Positions 29,001 to 37,530 of a DNA stretch of 64,000 nucleotides are shown piece by piece. Where the stretch lies: contig CAZJPQ010000003.1 of NCBI GenBank assembly GCA_964548115.1, forward strand, positions 490 to 64,489, in the 5' to 3' direction. Each line of letters opens with the position of its first letter. The stretch's first letter is position 1. The DNA is from an uncultured Planctomycetaceae bacterium (lineage in GTDB: Bacteria; Planctomycetota; UBA8742; UBA2392; JABWBM01). A model generated the notes under the pieces. It had not been told where the DNA came from. It ran no database searches and saw only the letters and a list, made by a program, of their open reading frames with translations. Made by a program: the position numbers and the translations under genes.

Positions 29001-30909
29001 CCCAGGGGCTCATATGGCTCCTGGCTTACTTTCTTTGAGCACTACTGGAAGCAGCGACCCTGATGGAGATGATACTCAGCTTGTATACGACTGGAGCGTT
29101 GATCTCTTTGCTTCCAGCCAAGCTCCTGTCTTTTACCCATCAGGACAAAATTCACTTTCAACTTCTGAACAAGACGTTCAACTCATTCTCGTTGAGCCTG
29201 GAACCTATGGTTTTCGTCTCCAAGTCAGGGATGAACAGGGCGCTATTACCGAAGAAACAATTCAAGTGGTGGTTGCTAATGAAGCTCCTGTAGCCCATGC
29301 TGGGCCCGATCGCTTTTCTGAGCAGGCTCAAGGTTTAATCCCACTCATTGGCGAAAACAGCGCCGATGCAAACTCCTCCTTAAATTACAACGATATCCAA
29401 AGTTATCTTTGGAGTATCGTTGAAGCGCCAAGTGGTGCTTTTAACATCTTGAGTCAAACAACTTCAGCGCGAGCCTTCTTTGATACTTCAGGAGCACCAG
29501 TGGGGACATATCGCATCAATCTTGAAGTAAGAGACTACTCTGGTGTCAGCAGCACTGATGAGCTTTTCGTACATATCTTTGATGGCACCCTCAATATCCC
29601 TCCAACGGCTTATGCTGGACCTGACCGTTCATTACCACTTCAGGCAGGACAAGCCTCTTTAATACTTCAAGGAGGGTTCAGCTATGATGATCAAAAAACA
29701 ACTTTGAGCTACCAATGGGATCTCATCGAAGGTGATAGCACAAAAGTCCAAATGCATGATACCTTCAGTGCAACGACGAATCTTTCAATCCAAGCTCCTG
29801 GAAGCTACCAATTTCGTCTTCGCGTCAATGATGGCAGCTATGAAAGTGATGACTTTGTCTGGGTTGAAGTTTTTGACCCACAGGGTGATTATATTCCAAG
29901 TGGAGAGGTTATAGTTCCAGACTCAGCTTCCATAGGAGAAGTTTTTGAAATTGATATGAGTTCTTGCGTTGATATTGATGGCTCACCTGTGCTCGTTGAA
30001 CTCGAACAAAATGCTGGGCCTCGCTTAATCCAAGTTGAAGGCGCCCAAACAGCCAAACGCAAATACCTTGCTTATAGTTCAGGAATAGTTGAACTTCTTG
30101 TTCGCATTAACGATGGAGAGCACCGGTCTGCACCTCAATCGCTTCAGATTGCAATCCAAAGTGGAAGTAATTCTGCACCTGAACTTCAGATTGATTTGCC
30201 GAATACCTTAGAAATTGCTCAAGATCTTCATTTTGATCTTCAAGGCAGCAACGACAGCGAAGCCGATCCAATCAGCTTTGATTTCTATCAACTTGCTGGG
30301 CCTGCAGCTTCTTATGCAAAAGTTGCTGGACAAAACATAACTTTTAAAGGATTCCTTCCTGGAAACTATGCCTTTGAACTACGTGGGTCTGATGGTTTTT
30401 CACCGGCTTTGCCCCTTCGCGTTTCATTCACATTAGAAAGTGCCTCTGCGCATTTGCCTGAAGCCAGCATCACAACATCAACCCAAAGCCTTGATCTTGC
30501 CGCCAGCAATTCCTTTGCACTCTTCGCCGAACAAATCGTCGATCTTGACGGTGATATTGTCTCTTTCCTCTGGGTTCAAAATGCTGGCCCACAAGCTCAA
30601 ATTCTTGATCCGACAGCAAGCTCAACTGGTGTTGAACTCCCCCCAGTTGAAGGAGTTTATGTCTTTGAACTTTTCATTAATGATGGGACATTCCAAACAA
30701 GCGCTGGAACAACTTCACTATCTGTCTTTAATAGTGCTGCTCTTAAAGGTGATGTTTCTGCCCAGGAAGAAAGTTCTGGCTGCTCTTTGATCGGCGGAAC
30801 CTACGGAGGAATTGGATTTTCCTTAATCATACTTGGGATTATAGGCGCTGTCATTGGAATTTATATGAGTCTTATTCAGCGTAAAAAGCTGCCAAAACAA
30901 TCGGTATAA
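26044..30909 (+). CDS. Giant (1621 aa) secreted cell-surface protein: signal peptide, PQQ-type beta-propeller repeats, Fn3-like module, multiple PKD/Ig-like repeats, C-terminal Cys-containing TM sorting signal
   Basis: Signal peptide MTKPQLSFSPYSILVALISLTLGSHAWA. PQQ-like repeats (DGEILWEV, DGSIVWQA, DGSKAWAA). Repeated AHAGPDR / AYAGPDRS PKD-type motifs. C-terminal SSGCSLIGG-TM-RKK. Confidence 0.85.
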   Translation: MTKPQLSFSPYSILVALISLTLGSHAWADHSQYRGNAARSAGLEQTVDLSDSSKLTELYSTTLTASNIFAEPLIVDQLLIVVSEGGDVICVDIDSGTPVWSQKLSSGILATPAVDKGRLFVGTTGGKVVAFQLSDGEILWEVSHGGYQLGAPVVINDKVIVSPGFGSDYLFAYDQRDGSIVWQAPVSRDVQGSPAVYDDKVIVALPNGEIDCYLLSDGSKAWAAPVQTQGIFYAISPMIVHDSDSGEIYVYVAPGGDVERNSSNLSLTGFKGYMTYRIKLDDGSYDRLIPSRDASYAASSRSARANGKTSSEVEPEADPLRDIPHDLQAELNKLTDLNSMLSVIEGYEQEYGLDLSELKAALKERSDNASSYLKAQEKAEGAGKRSSASSRASLPGSSFDANWPSGNSVRPAPAAYLERGNSRFLAIMMREIPSISIKARTLLFSVNASTFGELYWHYSSDSLDTPATINSQGALLVPNQNDPHGAYMIAPLGRNIAIFDAASGNTPIFEIEMPGIVYQTPAIANGYFAITDTSGHLKVFSTNNSAPQAPVITSPNQDQDILLPASVKASWNAAIDDSAPVDIRYQFRYVFNGDLETEYTEIELPAGTTEYIWPTTPAADTTVSFQVRGIDENGAVGFFSPARSFTFQKDIIPPAAISNLVTSSGPLEIQGTFDPSPDEAPQGSADVAGYRINVIEQGTNNSFSLEIGLTHSFTLNGSDPNTPMDANHQYEIHVVAYDGRNNESPALTVYAQPDPANDTVDTLAPFILSAHLLDLDTNGAIETVELVFSEPLDSTLGNFDFQGFALDGIAPSNAIGPVNETLTLKFGNGVSGTDLKELTFDASTGLVRDLSGNLLKTLGNNGLSEIDAANPTFLPHTLEAHDDTGNGKPDRITVDFSEVVDASSLDLDDLALLQDSQGASLNALDMRLLANSITLEIELDGQKGVLGKPLLDFIDDGDGTFFSDVVGNTLVNNLSNQPPSIRLSLHPGAHMAPGLLSLSTTGSSDPDGDDTQLVYDWSVDLFASSQAPVFYPSGQNSLSTSEQDVQLILVEPGTYGFRLQVRDEQGAITEETIQVVVANEAPVAHAGPDRFSEQAQGLIPLIGENSADANSSLNYNDIQSYLWSIVEAPSGAFNILSQTTSARAFFDTSGAPVGTYRINLEVRDYSGVSSTDELFVHIFDGTLNIPPTAYAGPDRSLPLQAGQASLILQGGFSYDDQKTTLSYQWDLIEGDSTKVQMHDTFSATTNLSIQAPGSYQFRLRVNDGSYESDDFVWVEVFDPQGDYIPSGEVIVPDSASIGEVFEIDMSSCVDIDGSPVLVELEQNAGPRLIQVEGAQTAKRKYLAYSSGIVELLVRINDGEHRSAPQSLQIAIQSGSNSAPELQIDLPNTLEIAQDLHFDLQGSNDSEADPISFDFYQLAGPAASYAKVAGQNITFKGFLPGNYAFELRGSDGFSPALPLRVSFTLESASAHLPEASITTSTQSLDLAASNSFALFAEQIVDLDGDIVSFLWVQNAGPQAQILDPTASSTGVELPPVEGVYVFELFINDGTFQTSAGTTSLSVFNSAALKGDVSAQEESSGCSLIGGTYGGIGFSLIILGIIGAVIGIYMSLIQRKKLPKQSV

Positions 30910-30937
30910 TCAAAAACTTCTTATCCTATTCTACTCA

Positions 30938-30968
30938 AAAAAGCCTCTGTTTTATCCAGAGGCTTTTT
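30938..30968. terminator. Bidirectional rho-independent terminator
   Basis: aaaaAAGCCTCTGttttatcCAGAGGCTTttt between convergent genes 26044..30909 (+) and lipA (-). Confidence 0.75.
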
Positions 30969-31010
30969 ACGTAAGGAGCTTTTATTTGAAACCCGAATAC
31001 ACCTTGAAAA

Positions 31011-32054
31011 TCATTCGTCTGGTTTTTGCTGAATAGCTTTTGCAATCACTTCGGAGAGTTCCAAATCAGGCGAAAGCACTCCTTCAGCATGGTAACTTGA
31101 ACGCACAAGAGGCCCTGAATCACATTTAGAAAAACCCTTTTCCAAAGCAAAAGCTTGAAGCTCCGCAAACTCATCTGGATGCACCCATCGCTCAATAGGC
31201 AAATGAGAACGTGTTGGCTGCAAGTATTGCCCTAAGCATAATACATCGCAACCTCTATCAGCAAGATCTTGAATTGCTTGCTTTGTTTCGCTTTGTTGTT
31301 CTCCAAGTCCCAACATCAGAGAAGATTTTGTCACAAGCCCTTCTCGTTTCGCCCGTTGGAGAATTTCCAATGATCGTTGATAAGTAGCTTGCGGACGGAC
31401 AGTAGGGTGCAAACGTTCAATTGTTTCAAGATTATGGGCAAAAACATGGGGACGGGCATCAAAAACTCGCTTTTGATTATCAAATTGTCCTTGAAAATCA
31501 GGCACCAGAACTTCGATGCCAAGTTCTGGACATGCGGCACGGACACGTGTTATGGTATCCGCCCAAACTTCTGATCCTCCATCTTTCAGATCATCTCGAT
31601 CAACACTTGTAATGACCACATAGCGCAGCTTCATCCACTGCACCATTTCAACCACACGCTCAGGCTCAAGACGATCATACTCCGTAGGACGCCCTGTTTT
31701 AACAGAACAAAAACCACATGAACGAGTACAAATATTTCCCAAAATCATGATTGTTGCTGTTCCAGCGGACCAACATTCTCCTCGATTCGGACAGTTTGCA
31801 GATTCACAAACGGTATGGAGCTTTTTCGTCTCAACAATGTGCTCTAACTCTTTCAGCTTTCCATGATTTGGTGTTTTCACTCGCATCCATGGTGGCCGCG
31901 AACCAAGGTCTGGATTAACTCGAACTTCTTTTTTGCCTGGACGATAACGACGAGAACGCTCTTCTGGCTTCCATATGACCGAATGCTCTTGAGCACGTGA
32001 CTGACTTTTAGTGTATTCTGACATACGAAATAAATTCCCACTCTTCTCGTGCAT
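31011..32054 (-). CDS. lipA: Lipoyl synthase (radical SAM)
   Basis: Radical-SAM CxxxCxxC as CTRSCGFC. N-terminal auxiliary-cluster cysteines CESANCPNRGEC. C-terminal RSSY motif. Confidence 0.95.
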   Translation of the reverse strand: MHEKSGNLFRMSEYTKSQSRAQEHSVIWKPEERSRRYRPGKKEVRVNPDLGSRPPWMRVKTPNHGKLKELEHIVETKKLHTVCESANCPNRGECWSAGTATIMILGNICTRSCGFCSVKTGRPTEYDRLEPERVVEMVQWMKLRYVVITSVDRDDLKDGGSEVWADTITRVRAACPELGIEVLVPDFQGQFDNQKRVFDARPHVFAHNLETIERLHPTVRPQATYQRSLEILQRAKREGLVTKSSLMLGLGEQQSETKQAIQDLADRGCDVLCLGQYLQPTRSHLPIERWVHPDEFAELQAFALEKGFSKCDSGPLVRSSYHAEGVLSPDLELSEVIAKAIQQKPDE

Positions 32055-32247
32055 TATTTTTTTAGAATCTTCATACTTTCATGAGTTGATACTTTGTATT
32101 CTAACTATTTTTCTTTGTCTTCTTAGCTTTTTATAGAAAATAACCCAAAGAGCGGAAAATATCTTGGCAGAAGAGTAAAAAAGACTACAAGGAAGCATAG
32201 GTGCAAAAGAAATCTTTTTGTGCGCTCGAATACATAAAGGATACATA

Positions 32248-32655
32248 ATGGAACAATCCAAAGACCCCCAGGAACTGGCTCCCGAAGGCTCGCATAAAAG
32301 CTTCCGTTTTAAAGCAATAGATTTTTTTGATAAAGATAACGAGGAAGAACGCCGCAACTGGAAACGTACGACTCTTGAAGTTCCTGTTGAAATTAAGGTC
32401 GAACGTCAAGGGCATCCTGAACATTACAAGGGCAGTGCTGTGCTCGCCGACCTTTCTCTTGAAGGTGCAAAGCTTAAAGAAATCGAAATTCCTGAAGGTC
32501 TGCCAAATGCTGATGTCGGAATCCTTCTCCATTTTAAAATTTTAGAAGGCGAACTCAAAGGAGCACACGCCAAAGCCGAGCTTGTTCGCTTTGATGAGAA
32601 AGCCCAAACCATTGGAATAAAACTTCTCAATGGGTTTCAAATGAAAGTCGATTAA
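32248..32655 (+). CDS. Stand-alone PilZ-domain (c-di-GMP receptor-like) protein
   Basis: RRNWKR (RxxxR) followed by DLSLEGAK (D/NxSxxG). ATG at 32248 with an AAAGGA RBS preferred over the track's TTG at 32218. Confidence 0.7.
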   Translation: MEQSKDPQELAPEGSHKSFRFKAIDFFDKDNEEERRNWKRTTLEVPVEIKVERQGHPEHYKGSAVLADLSLEGAKLKEIEIPEGLPNADVGILLHFKILEGELKGAHAKAELVRFDEKAQTIGIKLLNGFQMKVD

Positions 32656-32726
32656 AAAGTCCTGATTCATGAATAATCCCAATAATTAAAAGAAAAAATA
32701 CTTTTGAACGAAAGAAGGTTCTCACC

Positions 32727-35408
32727 ATGGAACCAGCAAAAGAGCTTCATACTGACTACGTTTTCTCCACCATTGAGCACAAATGGCAAAAACACTGGGA
32801 TGACCAAGGCTATTTCAAAGCTCAAGAGGACCCAGATGCCAAGCCTTTTTACGCCCTTGCAATGTTCCCTTACCCTTCAGGGGCACTCCACGTTGGACAT
32901 GTTCGAAACTACACTTTAATTGACGTCGTTGCTCGTTTTCAGAGAGCCAAAGGGCACCATGTACTCAACCCTATCGGTTGGGATGCCTTTGGCTTGCCGG
33001 CAGAAAATGCTGCCATCAAAACAGGCATCCACCCCAAGATTTCAACACTGAAACACATTGACCGCATGCGTCAACAGTTTCAACAATTAGGTTATGCTTT
33101 TGACTGGTCTCGAGAAATCTTAACCTGCCATGAAAATTATTATCGTTGGACCCAATGGCTTTTTATTCAAATGCTAAAGCTTAAAGGAAGCTCTGGAGAA
33201 CCTTTAGTCTATCGCAAACGCTCCAAGATTCATTGGTGCCCTCACGACAAAACAGTTCTTGCCAATGAACAAGTTGTCAAGTGCACCCAAGATGGCGAAA
33301 CCTACAACGGTTGTTTTCGTTGCAGTACAAAAGTTGAACAAAAAGAACTTGAACAATGGTGCTTCCGAATTACTGACTACGCCGAAGAACTTCTTAACGA
33401 TCTTGATGATCTCAAAGACAAATGGCCGGAATCAGTTCTTTCTCAACAGCAAGAATGGATCGGAAAATCTCAGGGAACCCAGATTATTTTTAAAATTCAA
33501 CTTGGCGACCAAGAAGAAGAATTACCTGTTTTTACAACCCGTGCAGATACTCTTTTTGGCGTGAGCTTCCTTTCACTTGCCCCAGAACACCCTTTGATAG
33601 ATACTATCATCAAGCACAGCCCAACCCCCGAGAAACTACAAGCCTTTGTAGATGAACTGTGTGATCTTGAACCAGATCAACGCATGGCCAGTGGCGAAAA
33701 GCAGGGTTTTGATACAGGGCTTTATGCCATTCACCCTTTGACTCAAGAACAAATACCGTTATTTGTCGCAAATTACGTGCTTATGTACGGAACTGGGGCT
33801 GTGATGGCTGTTCCAGCTCACGATCAGCGAGATTTTGAATTTGCCCAAAAGTATCAATTGCCAATCAAAGCCGTGATTCAACCAGGTCACAATGCTGATG
33901 CTGAAAGCCTTCAAGCTTATCAGGCACTTGAAAATACCCAAGCTGCTTTTGAAATGAAAGGTCGCACTCATAATTCCGGTTCTTTTGATGGTTTAAGTTC
34001 TGCAGAAGCCGTTGAAAAAATCACCGCAGCCCTTCAAACTTCTGGCCTTGGAAAGGCCACCACAAACTATAAAATCCGAGACTGGGGCGTTTCACGCCAA
34101 CGCTACTGGGGTTGTCCAATTCCAGTTATCCACTGCCCTCAATGTGGTATTGTTCCTGTTCCTGAACACGACCTTCCTGTTTTGCTTCCTGAAGACGTCG
34201 AATTTATGCCAACCGGTCGCTCTCCCCTCGAAGATCATCCCGATTTTTCAGAGGTAGAATGTCCACGATGCAAGTACAAAAAAGCAAAGCGTGATACCGA
34301 CACCCTTGATACATTTGTTGACAGCTCCTGGTACTATCTCCGCTATACCGATCCACAGAACCAAGACAAAATTGCCTGCCCAGACAAAAGCAACTATTGG
34401 CTTAATGTTGACCAATATATTGGTGGTAGCGAACACGCTATCCTGCACCTCATCTATGCCCGTTTTATTTGGAAAGTTATGCGGGATTTGGGGATCGTTC
34501 AGGGGAAAGAACCTTTTAAGCGGCTCTTCACTCAAGGTATGATTTTGAAAGAAGCCATCCGCGTTCGTTCTGAAAACCTTCGTTATATTGGAGTCGATGA
34601 GTTCGAAGAAGGGCGCAAACAAGGCAAGTTCCCCGAAAAGGATCTGGTCCGAATTGTCAAAAAAATGTCAAAATCCCAGCTTAATGTAGTCGATCCTGAA
34701 TACATTGTTGAACGCTATGGTGCTGATACTCTGCGAGCATATATTGCTTTTATAGGGCCGTCAGATTCTGATGCACTTTGGGATGATGGAGCAGTCTTGG
34801 GAGTTCATAAGTTTCTACGGCGCTGGTGGGATTTGCAAGCACTCTGGCAACCTAGGATAAACCTGGAATGCGTGCTTTCTGAAACTTCTGGCGAACAAAC
34901 ACCTAAAGAAAAAGAATTACAACGTATAACGCAGCTTCTTATTCAAAAATGCGAAAAAGAATACAGCACTGATATGGGCTTAAATACCTGCATTTCAAAA
35001 GCCATGGAAGTCGTTAATTTTTTACGCGAACATACTCAAAGCTTTGAGCAAAACCCTGAAAGCTATCGCACGCTTCGCAAAACCTTTGAAACTCTTGCTT
35101 TATGCTTAGCTCCTATTACTCCTCATATTTGCGAGGAGCTCTGGTTCAAACTTGGGCATAAAAAATCTATTGCCGAAAGTCCCTGGCCTCAATTCAAACC
35201 AGAACTTATTACCCAAAAAGAAAAAACTATCGGCATTCAGATCAATGGAAAACTGCGAGACTCTTTAACACTTTCCCTGGACCTCTCTCAAGACGAAGCT
35301 TTAGAAATAGCGCTCAAACAGGAAAAAGTTACTCGCTACACTGAAGGAAAAAAGATTCGCAAGGTCATTTATATCCCTGGAAAAATTCTTAACATCGTTG
35401 TTGCTTAA
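32727..35408 (+). CDS. leuS: Leucine--tRNA ligase
   Basis: HIGH motif as HVGHVRNY. KMSKS present. CP1 editing domain. 893 aa. Confidence 0.95.
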   Translation: MEPAKELHTDYVFSTIEHKWQKHWDDQGYFKAQEDPDAKPFYALAMFPYPSGALHVGHVRNYTLIDVVARFQRAKGHHVLNPIGWDAFGLPAENAAIKTGIHPKISTLKHIDRMRQQFQQLGYAFDWSREILTCHENYYRWTQWLFIQMLKLKGSSGEPLVYRKRSKIHWCPHDKTVLANEQVVKCTQDGETYNGCFRCSTKVEQKELEQWCFRITDYAEELLNDLDDLKDKWPESVLSQQQEWIGKSQGTQIIFKIQLGDQEEELPVFTTRADTLFGVSFLSLAPEHPLIDTIIKHSPTPEKLQAFVDELCDLEPDQRMASGEKQGFDTGLYAIHPLTQEQIPLFVANYVLMYGTGAVMAVPAHDQRDFEFAQKYQLPIKAVIQPGHNADAESLQAYQALENTQAAFEMKGRTHNSGSFDGLSSAEAVEKITAALQTSGLGKATTNYKIRDWGVSRQRYWGCPIPVIHCPQCGIVPVPEHDLPVLLPEDVEFMPTGRSPLEDHPDFSEVECPRCKYKKAKRDTDTLDTFVDSSWYYLRYTDPQNQDKIACPDKSNYWLNVDQYIGGSEHAILHLIYARFIWKVMRDLGIVQGKEPFKRLFTQGMILKEAIRVRSENLRYIGVDEFEEGRKQGKFPEKDLVRIVKKMSKSQLNVVDPEYIVERYGADTLRAYIAFIGPSDSDALWDDGAVLGVHKFLRRWWDLQALWQPRINLECVLSETSGEQTPKEKELQRITQLLIQKCEKEYSTDMGLNTCISKAMEVVNFLREHTQSFEQNPESYRTLRKTFETLALCLAPITPHICEELWFKLGHKKSIAESPWPQFKPELITQKEKTIGIQINGKLRDSLTLSLDLSQDEALEIALKQEKVTRYTEGKKIRKVIYIPGKILNIVVA

Positions 35409-35541
35409 AGCTAGGAAAGTAATAAAAACCCAACTCAGATTTATAGAGAAACTCCCACCACATAACGTTTGTCTTTCAAACATACGCCACGTCCTCCAAC
35501 ACAGATAGTTTCTTTCAAAAAATGGAACTCAAAGTATTCTT

Positions 35542-37515
35542 ATGCCCGAAAGTCCTCTACCTCCCAGCTCTGCTTTCGAAAACTCAGAAGAGTGCTTGCT
35601 CCAAATCGAGTCATTTTTAGGAGAGTATGAAATTACGCAGGCAATCGAAACTTTGGAACAATGCATCAAGCATACCCCCAAGCTTCAAGACTCAAACATA
35701 TACTACTTCCTGAGGGGAAAAATTTCTCACGCCCAAGAACGTTACAAAGAAGCACGTCATCACTTTCGTACAATTTTAAAAGATCCTGAATGGAATGCTC
35801 GGGCTCACTACCACCTTGGTCGTGTTTGGCTTGATGCTGGCCGAATTGAACTTGCAGCCCAAGAATTTCTGCTGGTCATCAACCAACCAGAGGCTCTTTT
35901 ACCCTACAAGGTACACGCATATTCCGGTCTCTGTGTTGCTTATACTGGTCTGGGACGAAGTCAAAGTGCCGAACAGGCTATTGAACAAGCTGTTGATGCA
36001 GGGCTTATTTCTGGGCAACTTCTGGCCGACGAAGCTTTGCGACTCGAGATGGCCGGTTCGAGAGAAGCAGCAAAGGGTGAACTTGTTCGAGCTCTTGAAG
36101 TTGATGATAAATGCGAAAATGCTTTCTTCCAACTTTCAAACCTACTTTATATCGATGGAGAAGGAGAGCAGGCTCTCGACATCCTTCATTATGGAATAGA
36201 AAGTTGCCCACAATCAATTAAGCTTTTTTCTCTCTCAGGTGAGATTTATTTTTCTCAAAAAGCCTATAAGGATGCCAGCCTTGCTTATAGCCAGGCAATT
36301 CATTTTTCTCCTCAAGGTGCTAACGCTGACTCACTTCGTCTTCAGCTCGCTCGCTCGCTTTATCAAAATGGAGAGCAAAACCTTGCGGCACAAGAGCTTG
36401 AAAACCTTCTTAAAGAACATCCTCGCTCTGGTTTTCGTCGTCATGCAAAAGAAAGGCTCCAAAACCTTAAAAATCCTGGATCAGATCGAAAACACATCAT
36501 TTACAACTTTCCTCGAAAGCTTCAAAACCATGAGTACTGCGCCCCTAATACTTTAGCAAACCTCTTTGCTTTTTACGGATTAGAAAGCTCTCAAGAAGAA
36601 ATTGGGGCTGAGATTTTTACCCAAGGCACACGCTGGCATGATTTAGTAGCCTTTCTCAAAGAGCAAAAAGACCTTGAAACACATATCTTCTTAAGCGATC
36701 TTGAGCAACTCAAAGTCCTTCTAGATCACAGTATCCCTTTGATCGTTGGAGAATACTCAGGGCTTGATGGTCATTGCATTGCCCTTATTGGCTATGACGA
36801 TACTCTTGGAGTTGTCTATGCTCAGGATCCACTTTTTTTTGAACCTGTAGAGATAAGCTATCAACACTTTATGCTCTCATGGTTGCATACTGACAAACTT
36901 GTTGTTTTAACTGCCCCCCAGGACATCATTGCAAACATAAAACCAAGCTTCCATCAAGAAGCTCTCCTTGAAAATTGGCTTCAAGCCTTAGAACTTCAGT
37001 CAAATGAAAAAGTGACTCAAAGCTTTTCCTTGTTTGAAGATCTCCTTGCTACCGCACCAGAGCTTCAGATCCTCAGACGCAGTGCTGTTGAAAGCGCAAT
37101 TATGCTCCAAAATTGGGATCAGGCCAAAACACTTTTGGATTCGCTTCTTGATCAAGGTTCCAGCCCATTCTGGGCCTTACGATATGCTGGAGATATCGCC
37201 TTTCAACGCACAGAATTAGACCTGGCTCTTCATTATTATACTCAAGCCACTCGCATCTTTCCAAATGATCCTGTTCTTCACTATATTCGAGGGGAAATTT
37301 CACTTCTTCAAGGAAACACCCAAAAAGGTCGAGCTCAACTTTCCAAAGCACTTGAAATAGAGCCAACCCTTATTCCACCAAGAGTTCGCCTAGCTCAAAC
37401 CTACAAAAAAACAAATGACTTTAAAAAGGCTCGTTATCACAGTCTTGGAGTACTTGAACTCGAACCAGAAAATGTGGAAGTAAAAGCCATACTTGAAGAA
37501 CTTGATAAGTCTTGA
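35542..37515 (+). CDS. TPR-repeat protein with an embedded papain-like (peptidase C39-like) cysteine peptidase domain
   Basis: TPR arrays occur at both ends. The central segment IYNFPRKLQNHEYCAPNTLANLFAFYGL ... LDGHCIALIGYDD matches the C39_2 Cys box (C-[GA]-P-x-[ST]-L-A) and the His box (GH-x-[IV]-x-[LV]-x-GYD). No signal peptide is evident. Confidence 0.7.
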   Translation: MPESPLPPSSAFENSEECLLQIESFLGEYEITQAIETLEQCIKHTPKLQDSNIYYFLRGKISHAQERYKEARHHFRTILKDPEWNARAHYHLGRVWLDAGRIELAAQEFLLVINQPEALLPYKVHAYSGLCVAYTGLGRSQSAEQAIEQAVDAGLISGQLLADEALRLEMAGSREAAKGELVRALEVDDKCENAFFQLSNLLYIDGEGEQALDILHYGIESCPQSIKLFSLSGEIYFSQKAYKDASLAYSQAIHFSPQGANADSLRLQLARSLYQNGEQNLAAQELENLLKEHPRSGFRRHAKERLQNLKNPGSDRKHIIYNFPRKLQNHEYCAPNTLANLFAFYGLESSQEEIGAEIFTQGTRWHDLVAFLKEQKDLETHIFLSDLEQLKVLLDHSIPLIVGEYSGLDGHCIALIGYDDTLGVVYAQDPLFFEPVEISYQHFMLSWLHTDKLVVLTAPQDIIANIKPSFHQEALLENWLQALELQSNEKVTQSFSLFEDLLATAPELQILRRSAVESAIMLQNWDQAKTLLDSLLDQGSSPFWALRYAGDIAFQRTELDLALHYYTQATRIFPNDPVLHYIRGEISLLQGNTQKGRAQLSKALEIEPTLIPPRVRLAQTYKKTNDFKKARYHSLGVLELEPENVEVKAILEELDKS

Positions 37516-37530
37516 CAAACCCCTTTCTTT

